Source: Chloroflexota bacterium
GTDB taxonomy: Bacteria > Chloroflexota > UBA11872
DNA length: 64,000 nucleotides
Assembly: GCA_965219705.1 (NCBI GenBank)
Contig: OZ244789.1
Span: forward strand, 2,339,429-2,403,428
Reading direction: 5' to 3'
Position numbers and translations under genes: made by a program. The number at the start of each line of letters is the position of its first letter. Positions within the stretch are counted from its first letter, which is position 1. The notes under the pieces were generated by a model. It searched no databases and was not told where the DNA came from. It saw only the letters and a program-made list of their open reading frames with translations. Shown here piece by piece: positions 55,766-64,000 of this stretch.

Positions 55766-57112
55766 ATGGTCGCCGCGCCAGTTTCTCAAGGGCTCGTAAC
55801 CGACCTCTACCAGCTCACCATGCTCCAGGCATATCTGGAACATGGCATGCGCGGGCCGGCGACGTTCGAGCTCTTCGTGCGCCGCCTGCCGCCGAATCGG
55901 AACTTTCTTGTTGCCTGCGGTCTGGACGCCGCGCTTGAGTACCTCGAGCGCCTGCGATTCGGGTCCGAGGACATTACTTATCTGGAGTCTCTGGGGCGAT
56001 TCTCGCCGGAGTTTCTCGACTATCTGCGCGGCTTCCGCTTCTCGGGCAGCGTGGATGCGGTGCCCGAAGGCACGCCCCTGTTTCCGAACGAGCCGCTGCT
56101 GGCCGTGCACGCGCCGCTGCCCGAGGCCCAGCTCGTCGAGACGCGGCTGCTCAATCTCGTCCAGCTCCCGACGGCGGTGGCGTCCAAGGCGGCGCGCGTC
56201 GTGGCGGCGGCGGCCGGGAGGCCGGTCGTCGACTTCGGCCTGCGGCACGCGCATGGCGCCGACGCGGGACTCGCGGCCACGCGAGCCGCGTACATCGCCG
56301 GCGTGCAGGCGACCTCAAACGTGGCCGCCGGCCAGGCCCACGGCATTCCCGTGGCCGGCACCATGGCGCATAGCTTCGTCCAGGCTCACGACAGCGAGCG
56401 GGAGGCGTTTACCCGCTTTGCGGCGACGTTTCCCGGCGCCGCGCTGCTGGTTGACACCTACGACGTCGAGGCGGGCATCGCCCATGTCATTGAGCTGGTA
56501 CGCACGGCTGGTGAGGCAGTCGCTCCATCCGCCATACGGTTGGACTCGGGCGATCTGGCCGCGCATTCCCGCCGGACCCGCCGGCAGCTCGACGCGGCTG
56601 GATTGACGGGCGCGCAGATCATCGCCAGCGGCAATCTCGACGAGATGGAGATCGCACGCCTCGTCGCCGACGGCGCGCCTATCGATGGCTTTGGCGTTGG
56701 CGCGGCGCTGGCCGTTTCCGAGGACGCGCCCTGCCTGGACGTGGTTTACAAGCTTGTGGCCTACGACGGACGCGGACGCATGAAGCTCGCCGCCGAGAAG
56801 TCGACGCTGCCGGAACCCAAGCAGGTCTTTCGGTCGATCCAGGGCGGCGCGGTCACGCACGACGTGCTCGGGCTCGCCGGCGAGAGCGCCGGCGGTCAGC
56901 CGTTGTTGGAGCCAGTAATGCGAGAGGGGGAGCGGCTACCGGCCGGTCGCCACTCGCTCGGTGAAATTCGAGCCCACGCCGAGTGCTCGGTCGCCATGCT
57001 GTCGGCGCGCATCCGCTCACTTGAGCCGGCCGCACCGCCCTATCAGGTCGAGATCAGCCGGGCTCTTGGGGCGGCCGCCGCACGCACCCGCCGCCGGCTG
57101 GAGCGCGGCTAG
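55766..57112 (+). CDS. pncB: nicotinate phosphoribosyltransferase
   Basis: LVTDLYQLTMLQAYLEHGM...FELFVRRLPPNRNFLV...GTMAHSFVQAH...IRLDSGDL are NAPRTase hallmarks. Confidence 0.9.
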   Translation: MVAAPVSQGLVTDLYQLTMLQAYLEHGMRGPATFELFVRRLPPNRNFLVACGLDAALEYLERLRFGSEDITYLESLGRFSPEFLDYLRGFRFSGSVDAVPEGTPLFPNEPLLAVHAPLPEAQLVETRLLNLVQLPTAVASKAARVVAAAAGRPVVDFGLRHAHGADAGLAATRAAYIAGVQATSNVAAGQAHGIPVAGTMAHSFVQAHDSEREAFTRFAATFPGAALLVDTYDVEAGIAHVIELVRTAGEAVAPSAIRLDSGDLAAHSRRTRRQLDAAGLTGAQIIASGNLDEMEIARLVADGAPIDGFGVGAALAVSEDAPCLDVVYKLVAYDGRGRMKLAAEKSTLPEPKQVFRSIQGGAVTHDVLGLAGESAGGQPLLEPVMREGERLPAGRHSLGEIRAHAECSVAMLSARIRSLEPAAPPYQVEISRALGAAAARTRRRLERG

Positions 57113-57269
57113 CCATTGACGCACCTCCATGCTGAGCGGTCACGCCGGCACGGATGTGAGGTGCCCCATCCGTGATGCGTGGTAGCGAGCTGGGAGACTG
57201 CGAAGTCGAAATCAGGCCTCGAACACCGAGATCAGGGACCATTTGCGGAACTTGCCACTCACCGGCCCA

Positions 57270-57443
57270 CTAAGCATCGCGCAGCCGCTTGGCTTTAGCG
57301 TCACCACCGGGCTCCAGGTAGCGCCAGTCCCGCTTGGGCGCTCCTTCCATGCAGGCCCGCGCGATGTTGTCTGGAGTGTCCGGAATCGGCTCCGGCATAA
57401 GCAGTTCCCGCGGACGGCCTGGCTTGCGTTTCAGCTTATACAT
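57270..57443 (-). CDS. small hypothetical protein (57 aa), not in the ORF track
   Basis: Own translation: MYKLKRKPGRPRELLMPEPIPDTPDNIARACMEGAPKRDWRYLEPGGDAKAKRLRDA. AAGGTG lies 4 nt upstream of the ATG. It sits 58 nt downstream of the endonuclease remnant on the same strand. Confidence 0.35.
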   Translation of the reverse strand: MYKLKRKPGRPRELLMPEPIPDTPDNIARACMEGAPKRDWRYLEPGGDAKAKRLRDA

Positions 57444-57500
57444 GTAGCACCTTGCCTTCTTGTGCCGGCCACTCTGCCCCTGCGAGTCCTTGAGCGTGGG

Positions 57501-58233
57501 TCATGGCTCCATGACGACCACGGAATCCGGTATGCCGATCAGCACCAGCGGGCAGGGGTTGCCCACTCCACGAAGCAGACGTTCGCGGAGTTTGTTCCAA
57601 TGCGTTGTTGCGGCCCCGAACTTGTCGGCCACCATTTTGCCTGTCCATGCATCCACGAAGGTCGATTTCGCGCTGCTTTCAATATTTCTTCGCTGCCGCG
57701 GGGTGAGCGTGATGCCAAACCGGGCAAGATCATCGAAGCTCCGTAGCCCGTGAATTTCGGCGCACCTGTGGATGATCGATCGCATATTGCCCTGTAGCGA
57801 CGCCCCACGGGTCACAATCACACCGACACTGATCGCCCCCTCGGCGTGTAGTCGCTGAAAGTTCTCTAGGTCACGATCGAAGAATGGGTCCTTTGTTATT
57901 CCATTCGATTTCCAGGGCAATCGCGCCTTTCACGCCCTGCCGAACATGATCGACCTCGTGGGTAGTGCTGGCCTGCTCATGCCCATCCACAATCTTGCGG
58001 ATGACAATCTTGCGTTTGGCCCATCCACGCTCAGTGAGAGCTCTCCGCAACCGCTGCGTTGATTGAGCCTCGCCACCTCCGCCCTTGATCAACTCCGAAC
58101 AGGGAATCTTGATGCCAAGCAGCGTGGTGCAGAGTTCCTGCAACGGGCCTGGGAAGTCCTTGGTCAGAATCGCCAATGCGTGATTTTTGATATCCACATC
58201 GAAGCCAGCCGCCTCGAGATCGGCCAGGGTCAT
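57501..58233 (-). pseudogene. type II restriction endonuclease of the BamHI/BglII/BstYI family, inactivated by a +1 nt frameshift near 57888-57895
   Basis: ORF 57871..58233 ends ...GAIALEIEWNNKGPILRS then stop. ORF 57501..57920 reads ...KSNGITKDPFFDRDLENF...VGVIVTRG...NPCPLVLIGIP. Removing one G from CAAAGGACCCA gives ALEIEWNNKDPFFDRDLENF. As I recall the BstYI/BglII sequences, the E-x-E block and the PLVLIGI tail resemble them. Confidence 0.7.
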
Positions 58234-59366
58234 CGTGTCGACGCAGAGTTATAGGCGTAGGTGTTCCAGTCTGGGGCGTAATCCGCCTCGGCCTGATTGC
58301 CCCACACCGTCCAACCGTCGCGGCAGCCTCGTCCGAACAATTCGAGGTAGGGTCCCCAACTGCAGCTCTCGACGATCTCGTACTGCTCGTCCGGCTTGCG
58401 GGAATGTTCACGCTTTCGAGTCGCGAGAAGGTTTACCTGGCTACGGCCTGGCGGAAGCGTTCGCGCCCCCTTTCCACGAATGCCGAAAAGCACCATCTCC
58501 GTCACGTTGCGAAAGTAGAAGCCAACGCCGCGACCGTCCGGCCCGCCGTCCTTTCTCACTTTGAGCCAAATCAGGTTGGTTTTGTATTCGAAGCCCCAGG
58601 CCTCCAAGACCTCTAGGCCCCACGGCAGGATTGCGTTCGGTACCCATAGGTAGCAATGGGCAACATCGAGCATATGATCCGCGACCGGCAGCTTGCAGAT
58701 CTCCTCAAGCGAGAGTGTCTGGTACCGCGAGAGACGGTGATGCTCCGGTGCGACCTTGCCTGTCCGGTTGGTGAAACGCCAGGGCGGGTCGGCAACTATG
58801 GTGCCGAACGTCCGGTCGCCCAAATACTCAGTAAGCTCCTCCGCTATCCCGTACCTCACGCTACTTGGTCCCTGTAGCGCGGCACCTTTGCCAGCGGTCT
58901 CACGCCCAGCTTTACGCTCTTGGTCGGCGTAGTTGTTTCGGTCCAGCCCGGGGAGCCCGAGGCGCGCGTTCTGCCAGGTCTCGCGTACGCGGTGCGCCAG
59001 GTGCCAGGCGGTTTTCGCGGTCACGCCCAGATCGCGATACAACTTCAGGCTCGACGTGCCCTCAATGCCGGCAGCCAGAAGATAGAACGCCATCGCCCAG
59101 ACCTGCAAGCTGAGCTTGGAGTTCTGCATCAGGGTGTTAGTACGCACACTGAAGTGCTTCCGGCAGGCCCGGCAACGGTACGGCTGCGGCTTGCGGGTCT
59201 TGACTACCAGCACGTTGTCGGCGGCACAGTGGGGGCACGACATGCCATCCGGCCAGCGGGTCTTGGTGAGCCAGGCCTCGGCAGCCGCATCATCGGGGAA
59301 CATCCGGGTGATCTCGACTAGCGAGATGCCCTTGCGGTAGTGCGTGTCCGGTGCCCGTCCTGCCAT
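58230..59366 (-). CDS. MT-A70-family N6-adenine DNA methyltransferase fused to an N-terminal IS1595-type transposase zinc-ribbon/HTH domain
   Basis: The N-terminus FPDDAAAEAWLTKTRWPDGMSCPHCAADN...YRCRACRKHFSVRTNTLMQNSKLSLQVWAMAFYLL...LKLYRDLGVTAKTAWHLAHRVRE is the IS1595 N-terminal module. The C-terminus has IVADPPWRF (DPPW), YLWVPN and REHSRKPDE, typical of MT-A70. The stop overlaps the endonuclease ATG (ATGA). Confidence 0.85.
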   Translation of the reverse strand: MAGRAPDTHYRKGISLVEITRMFPDDAAAEAWLTKTRWPDGMSCPHCAADNVLVVKTRKPQPYRCRACRKHFSVRTNTLMQNSKLSLQVWAMAFYLLAAGIEGTSSLKLYRDLGVTAKTAWHLAHRVRETWQNARLGLPGLDRNNYADQERKAGRETAGKGAALQGPSSVRYGIAEELTEYLGDRTFGTIVADPPWRFTNRTGKVAPEHHRLSRYQTLSLEEICKLPVADHMLDVAHCYLWVPNAILPWGLEVLEAWGFEYKTNLIWLKVRKDGGPDGRGVGFYFRNVTEMVLFGIRGKGARTLPPGRSQVNLLATRKREHSRKPDEQYEIVESCSWGPYLELFGRGCRDGWTVWGNQAEADYAPDWNTYAYNSASTR

Positions 59367-59460
59367 CAGCCAATCCTTCCATTTATTGAAACAGATTAGC
59401 CAATGGGGTCACCGCTGTCTAGGGGATTGGGGCCGAATGCTCCCGGGTCATGTGCCTGAT

Positions 59461-60108
59461 TTAGCACGCAAACGGCGTGGGGCAATGATCTGGATTGCTG
59501 ACTGCCCCTGATAGGCGGCGTAACGTCTCGCGTACGCGAAACCGCACACACAATGAGTGGCGATTGCTCAGCCGAATTTTGAAGCGGAAATGCCGTAGCG
59601 CATCGGCCTCGAAGTCGCGGCGCAGGTGAAAATGCGCCCATCCATCAAATGCCTCATTCGGCGGAACAGTGGCCAGTGATGCAAGCGCATGCTGTCGCCG
59701 GGGGAGAAGCTTGCCGCCCGATTGCAGGCACTCAAGGTCAAGGGGCTGACGACGCTTAGTCAATCCCCGTCGCAGGATGGCGTCCAAATGCACTGACTGG
59801 ATGTGGAGTGGCATGTCGGAGCCGTTGGCGACGCCCACTTCCACGGCGACACGCAGGAATGGCCGGAAGGAGACCTCAGAGCTCTCTCGCACGTTGATCT
59901 GATACGGCTCATGCTGGTTGCCAGCAGTCCCGCCTCGGAGCCGCCACGGCATGATCCGATCCCACGTTGTTACGACGATGAACCCGACGATTGCTACGGC
60001 AAAGACAGCAAGCCAGAGCCCTAGCGTGCTACCGATGACAGCGCTCACGGCGCCACCGCCCGACCAGATGGCGAGCTGCGAAAAAGCGAGCCTAGCCTTG
60101 AGCCGCAT
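59461..60108 (-). CDS. hypothetical membrane-anchored protein in the R-M island
   Basis: Two N-terminal hydrophobic helices (AVSAVIGSTLGLWLAVFAVAIVGFIVVTTW), then a 150-aa domain I do not recognise. It lies 95 nt upstream of the methyltransferase on the same strand. GC looks lower than the flanks. Confidence 0.45.
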   Translation of the reverse strand: MRLKARLAFSQLAIWSGGGAVSAVIGSTLGLWLAVFAVAIVGFIVVTTWDRIMPWRLRGGTAGNQHEPYQINVRESSEVSFRPFLRVAVEVGVANGSDMPLHIQSVHLDAILRRGLTKRRQPLDLECLQSGGKLLPRRQHALASLATVPPNEAFDGWAHFHLRRDFEADALRHFRFKIRLSNRHSLCVRFRVRETLRRLSGAVSNPDHCPTPFAC

Positions 60109-60228
60109 CCGCCCACGCTACCCCGGCCGTGCCGGGGCGTTACTTGGCTAGCCACGTATATAAGCCCCTTTTCGAGTCGAGCGAGCCGGGCGTAGGCTGC
60201 GACAGTCGGCGTAGCCGGAATCAGACAA

Positions 60229-61170
60229 ATGGAATATCGACGGCTCGGTCGCACCGGACTCGAGGTGTCGCTGATGTCGCAGGGCACCGGGGGGCCGAGC
60301 CTCTTCGGGCAACGGCGCGGCACCACGGCCGTGGCGGCCCGCCGCCTCATCCAGCGCGCGCTCGACCACGGCATCAACCTGTTCGACACCGCCCAGATCT
60401 ACGACGAGAGCGAGGTGCTGCTGGGGCAGGCGCTGGACGGCGTGCCGCGCGACGCCTACTTGGTCGCCACCAAATATCGCTACGCCGACGACGAGGGCGT
60501 CATCGCTCCCTCCGACGTCGGGCGTGCCATCGATCATGCGCTGTGCCGCCTGCGCGTGGATGTCATCGACGTTATGCAGGTCCACGGACTGCTCGTCGAG
60601 CACTATGACGAGGTCGTCGCACGGCATCTGCCGGTGCTCAAGGACGCTCAGGCCGCGGGCAAGATCCGCTTCATCGGCGTTTCCGAGCGCTACACCCACG
60701 ACCCCACGCACGCCATGCTGCGCCGCGCCGTCGCCGACGGCCACTTCGACACGGCGATGGTCGGCTACAACCTGCTGCACCAGGGAGCGGAGCGGCACGT
60801 CTTCTCCGCCGCGCACGCTGCCGACATCGGGATCATCATCATGATCGCGGTGCGCCGCGCGCTCTCCATCCCCGAGCGCCTGCGCGAGGTGATCGCGGAT
60901 CTCGTCGCCCGCGGGCAGCTGTCCGCCGATGCGGTGCCGGCGGACGATCCCCTGGGCTGGTTGGTGGGCGGGGACGTGACCTCGGTCGTCGATGCCGCCT
61001 ATCGCTTTGCCCGGCAGCCGGCCGCAGTCGCCACGGTGCTCACCGGCACGTCGCGGCCCGAGCATCTCGACGCCAACGTTGCGGCCATCTTGCAGGGACC
61101 TCTCCCCGAGCGTGACCGGCAACGTCTGCGTGACCTGTTCGGCCATCTGGAGGAGGCGCTCGGCAACTAG
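60229..61170 (+). CDS. aldo/keto reductase
   Basis: MEYRRLGRTGLEVSLMSQGTGG...GINLFDTAQIYDESE...DVMQVHG...RFIGVSE. Confidence 0.85.
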   Translation: MEYRRLGRTGLEVSLMSQGTGGPSLFGQRRGTTAVAARRLIQRALDHGINLFDTAQIYDESEVLLGQALDGVPRDAYLVATKYRYADDEGVIAPSDVGRAIDHALCRLRVDVIDVMQVHGLLVEHYDEVVARHLPVLKDAQAAGKIRFIGVSERYTHDPTHAMLRRAVADGHFDTAMVGYNLLHQGAERHVFSAAHAADIGIIIMIAVRRALSIPERLREVIADLVARGQLSADAVPADDPLGWLVGGDVTSVVDAAYRFARQPAAVATVLTGTSRPEHLDANVAAILQGPLPERDRQRLRDLFGHLEEALGN

Positions 61171-61267
61171 TCGCGAACGGGCAACCAGAAGGATTGCCCC
61201 TACACCGGTCGTCACCGGGCGTATCGGCTACCATCGGCCGACCGCACATGTTCGCCGGGAGGGCGCC

Positions 61268-62377
61268 ATGGGCGCCGTTGACGTCAAACCCGAAGCGCCG
61301 CCGACCCCGACCCGAGGGCCGAAGCTGGCCCCTTTCATCGTCGATTGCGACTGCCACCACATCTGGCACCAGATCGACGACCTCTTTCCCTATCTGCCGC
61401 GGCAGTACGTCGAGCAGATTCGAGATTTCGGCCCGATGCTGCCCAAGCTCAGCTACACCAACGTGCCGAATGTGCTGGGCTTTCGCGCCGACCTGGAAGT
61501 GACGCCCGAGACCAATTTCGCCGCGTTCACCGTGAAGGAGCACCTGGACCCCTATCAGATCGACGCGGCCGTGCTCACCGGCGGCAGCGTCTACGGGGTC
61601 GTTGGCATCTCGGACGTGGACTACGCCTCGGCGCTGGCCCGCGCCTTCAATGACTGGACGCTCGATACGTGGGTGTCCGAAGACTCGCGCTTTCGCATGA
61701 CGCTGGCGGTGTGTCCGAACGATCCGGCGCAGGCTGCCGAGGAGATTCGACGCTTGGGCGACCACCCGGCCGTGGTCGCCGTGATGCTGCCCGCCGGAGC
61801 CCGGCATCCCTATGGCAACCGGTTCTACCACCCGATCTACGAGGCGGCGGCCGAGCACGGTCTGGTCATGATGACCCACTTTGGCGGCGAGGGCGCCGGC
61901 GTCACCAGCCCCCCGACGGCCGCGGGATATCCGTCGTACTACCTCGAGATGCGCATGGCCCGACCGCAGATCGCCCAGGCGCACGTCGTGAGCCTGGTGT
62001 GCGAGGGCGTATTCGAGAAGTTTCCGAGCCTCCAATGGCTATTCGTCGAGGTTGATACCTGGTGGATTCCCGGTCTCATGTGGCACTTCGACGCCGATTG
62101 GAAGGGCCTGCGGGACACCACGCCGTGGGTCAAGCGTCTGCCCAGCGACTACATCCGCGAGCACGTGCGGGTGGGCACCCAGCCGCTCGAGCAGCCGCCG
62201 CGCCGCCAGGATATGGGGACCTTCCTGGACTGGGCGCACGCGGACGAAATGCTGGTCTACGCCAGCGACTTCCCCCACTGGGACTGGGACGAGCCTCGCG
62301 CCACGGCTGCCATGATTCCACGAGGATTGCGCCCTCGCATCTTTGGCGAGACCGCGCGTGCGCTCTTCAACCTCTAG
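61268..62377 (+). CDS. amidohydrolase-2 family (ACMSD-like) metal-dependent hydrolase/decarboxylase
   Basis: The IVDCDCHH start, ...MMTHFGGEG..., and DFPHWDWDEP at the C-terminus. GGGAGGG lies upstream of the ATG at 61268. The track start at 60992 overlaps the preceding gene. Confidence 0.75.
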   Translation: MGAVDVKPEAPPTPTRGPKLAPFIVDCDCHHIWHQIDDLFPYLPRQYVEQIRDFGPMLPKLSYTNVPNVLGFRADLEVTPETNFAAFTVKEHLDPYQIDAAVLTGGSVYGVVGISDVDYASALARAFNDWTLDTWVSEDSRFRMTLAVCPNDPAQAAEEIRRLGDHPAVVAVMLPAGARHPYGNRFYHPIYEAAAEHGLVMMTHFGGEGAGVTSPPTAAGYPSYYLEMRMARPQIAQAHVVSLVCEGVFEKFPSLQWLFVEVDTWWIPGLMWHFDADWKGLRDTTPWVKRLPSDYIREHVRVGTQPLEQPPRRQDMGTFLDWAHADEMLVYASDFPHWDWDEPRATAAMIPRGLRPRIFGETARALFNL

Positions 62378-62735
62378 TCCGCGGCGGCATATCGTTTGCC
62401 GCGTCGACGAGCTGCCGCCGGGCAGCCGCCGCGAAGTTGCGGTGGTCGGCGAGAACGGCGTCATGGTCTTCAACGTCGCCGGGAAGTATTACGCGCTGCG
62501 CAATCGGTGTCCCCACACCGGCGGGCCACTCGGGCGCGGCGTGATTCGACCTCACGTCGTCTCGCACGGCGTGGGGCACTTCAAGTTCGAGCGTGAGGCC
62601 GAGATCGTGAAATGCCCATTTCACAACTGGGAATTCGACATCGCCACGGGCTGCGCGCTCTACGACCCATCCATGCGCGCGAAGACCTATCCGGTGGCCG
62701 TCGAGGACGGCAAGGTGGTGCTCACGCTCGGGTAG
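62343..62735 (+). CDS. Rieske [2Fe-2S] domain protein
   Basis: CPHTGGPL ... CPFHNWEF are the Rieske ligand boxes. The start is uncertain (TTG 62343 or GTG 62358). Confidence 0.8.
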   Translation: MARPRVRSSTSSPRRHIVCRVDELPPGSRREVAVVGENGVMVFNVAGKYYALRNRCPHTGGPLGRGVIRPHVVSHGVGHFKFEREAEIVKCPFHNWEFDIATGCALYDPSMRAKTYPVAVEDGKVVLTLG

Positions 62736-62875
62736 GCGGGCCCTGATCGCCAGATGCACCTCCCGTGAGCCTTGGTGACGCATGCGATCCTCCGAGCCGC
62801 GCCGCCCAGTGGGCAGTGGAGAACCGTTCGCCCCCGTATCAAGTACGGGACAGGCTCACCAAGAACGCATCGGGG

Positions 62876-64000
62876 TCACAGCGTGAACGACGGGTCCGCC
62901 GTGAATGGACCGTGGATTTCCCGGAAAGCGTCACGCACGGAATCTTGCCGGTCTGGCGGTGCGTGCCTGAGAAACGTCTGAAACGCCTGGATATCGGTGG
63001 GATACGTAATCCCAGCTTCACCCCGCTCGAGGTCGACCTCGTGTCGTATCAAATAGATCTCGCGGAGCGCGGCGGAAAAGCCAGCCTCTCCCATGCTAAC
63101 GTATAGCCGCAGAAGCAGATACTCACTCAATACATCAAGGCAATGTCTCCACCGCACCCTGTCTGGATGATCCGCTCGTGAGAGCTGCTCCCCGGTCAAG
63201 GGAATAGTAAGTTGATGGAGGTCCGGAATCCCCTGATCCATGCAGTCGTGCTGGGCAATGAGCGACACTTGGTCGAGCCGGGATTTCAGATCCTGATTAC
63301 CAACAAAGTCGTCGACGTAGGACGCGGCAAAACCCTTCCCACCATCCCTGATCCATCTCGCCCCAGCACGATCTTCAGGGTGAAAAGGTCCAAGTAGATG
63401 AAAGTAGGAATCTGCCGTTAGGGAATAGATGGTTCTTCGAAAACGTTGCCAATTCCTACTAAGGCGCGCGTTGTTATATCGATATATAAAAATTGAGTCC
63501 TCCGACCCCGATGTTTGATATCCGGATGGTAAATCTGGATCGTGAATCACTCGGAATCTGACTGTGAAGGTGTCGGTGGGAAATGGAAACCGCATAAGCT
63601 GCTCAACGCTCAACAGCGCCTCGGATACCATGCTCAACACATCTTCACCGGCCGGGAATGGCTCGGATTGGAAGGCCCAAAGATGAACGTCGCCAGTAAA
63701 TGGCAAGCTTACTGTTCTGGATTGTGTAAAGGGCGTTGCGAGCAGCGAGTCGAAGTCGGGCCAGTGCGGAAAGAGAGCATTGATCAGAGCGCGCTCATCG
63801 AAACTCAGGCCGTCGGTGTACCACGGCTGGTTCGCGATCTTTTGCCATTGATCCGGGTTTTCGTGGACCATATCTTCGACTCTTGATATGAGATGAAGAT
63901 TTACATCCGACAAAGGCGACTCTAGAGTATAGTTAAAGAGTTGATCGGCGAGCTCTGGATGTGTTTGATTGAGGCGAAACAAGGCCTCGATAGCGATGAA
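62876..64000 (-). CDS. hypothetical protein in a low-GC segment; the ORF very likely continues beyond the right window edge
   Basis: The frame stays open upstream of the track start (the window end reads ...FIAIEALFRLNQTHPELADQ). The sequence is non-repetitive and I recognise no motif. Composition is clearly AT-richer than the rest of the window. Confidence 0.5.
   Translation of the reverse strand, partial: FIAIEALFRLNQTHPELADQLFNYTLESPLSDVNLHLISRVEDMVHENPDQWQKIANQPWYTDGLSFDERALINALFPHWPDFDSLLATPFTQSRTVSLPFTGDVHLWAFQSEPFPAGEDVLSMVSEALLSVEQLMRFPFPTDTFTVRFRVIHDPDLPSGYQTSGSEDSIFIYRYNNARLSRNWQRFRRTIYSLTADSYFHLLGPFHPEDRAGARWIRDGGKGFAASYVDDFVGNQDLKSRLDQVSLIAQHDCMDQGIPDLHQLTIPLTGEQLSRADHPDRVRWRHCLDVLSEYLLLRLYVSMGEAGFSAALREIYLIRHEVDLERGEAGITYPTDIQAFQTFLRHAPPDRQDSVRDAFREIHGPFTADPSFTL

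Noticed and set aside
57149-57174. The inverted repeat CACGGATG-N10-CATCCGTG between the convergent pncB and the small ORF was considered as a bidirectional terminator.
   Set aside because: The stem is real, but there is no flanking T/A tract, so I mention it only as an island-boundary landmark and do not call it a terminator.
55084-60230. tRNA-Gln considered as the integration site of the 57.1-60.1 kb R-M island.
   Set aside because: pncA and pncB (normal GC, core functions) lie between the tRNA and the island. I found no direct repeat of the tRNA 3' end near 57.1 or 60.1 kb (only CTACCCC, which is too short).

Overview
High-GC (by eye about 65-70 percent) bacterial chromosomal window, densely coded on both strands. 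The core is housekeeping and metabolism: a glgP fragment, trpS, gltX, sthA, tRNA-Gln, pncA/pncB, modABC, a phoR-type two-component pair with pstSCAB-phoU, and many oxidoreductases and hydrolases. There is no rRNA, CRISPR array, integrase or intact transposase. The long ORFs antisense to real genes are GC-driven shadow ORFs.

Accessory or unusual content:
- A translationally coupled TcmP plus three-Cys Gp37/Gp68 (DUF5131) gene pair at 17.6-19.3 kb. It sits in a GC dip and has no assigned biochemistry to my knowledge. This is my best candidate for an uncharacterised nucleic-acid modification or defence module.
- A MacB-type ABC operon whose HlyD/MacA-like adaptor is 1031 aa, with about 700 aa of 33-aa coiled-coil repeats. 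Next to it is a secreted 14-blade RCC1-like protein, and that gene is bracketed by a 131-nt duplication of the permease 3' end.
- A decaying type II R-M island at 57.1-60.1 kb: an IS1595-type zinc-ribbon fused to an MT-A70 methyltransferase, plus a frameshifted BamHI/BglII/BstYI-like endonuclease.
- A REP/MITE family (hairpin GTCATTCCCGCGAAAGCGGGAATCC and palindrome GGGCGGTTCGCGAACCGCCC), including a 122-bp element with 10-bp TIRs and a 6-bp TSD nested inside a REP hairpin loop.
- Several gene remnants and duplications: a frameshifted sarcosine oxidase, a tandem NUDIX ORF, an aldo/keto reductase fragment, and a 5'-truncated arsC.
- A clearly low-GC segment with an unrecognisable large ORF at the right edge.

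All calls come from reading the sequence and the ORF track. No database search was run.
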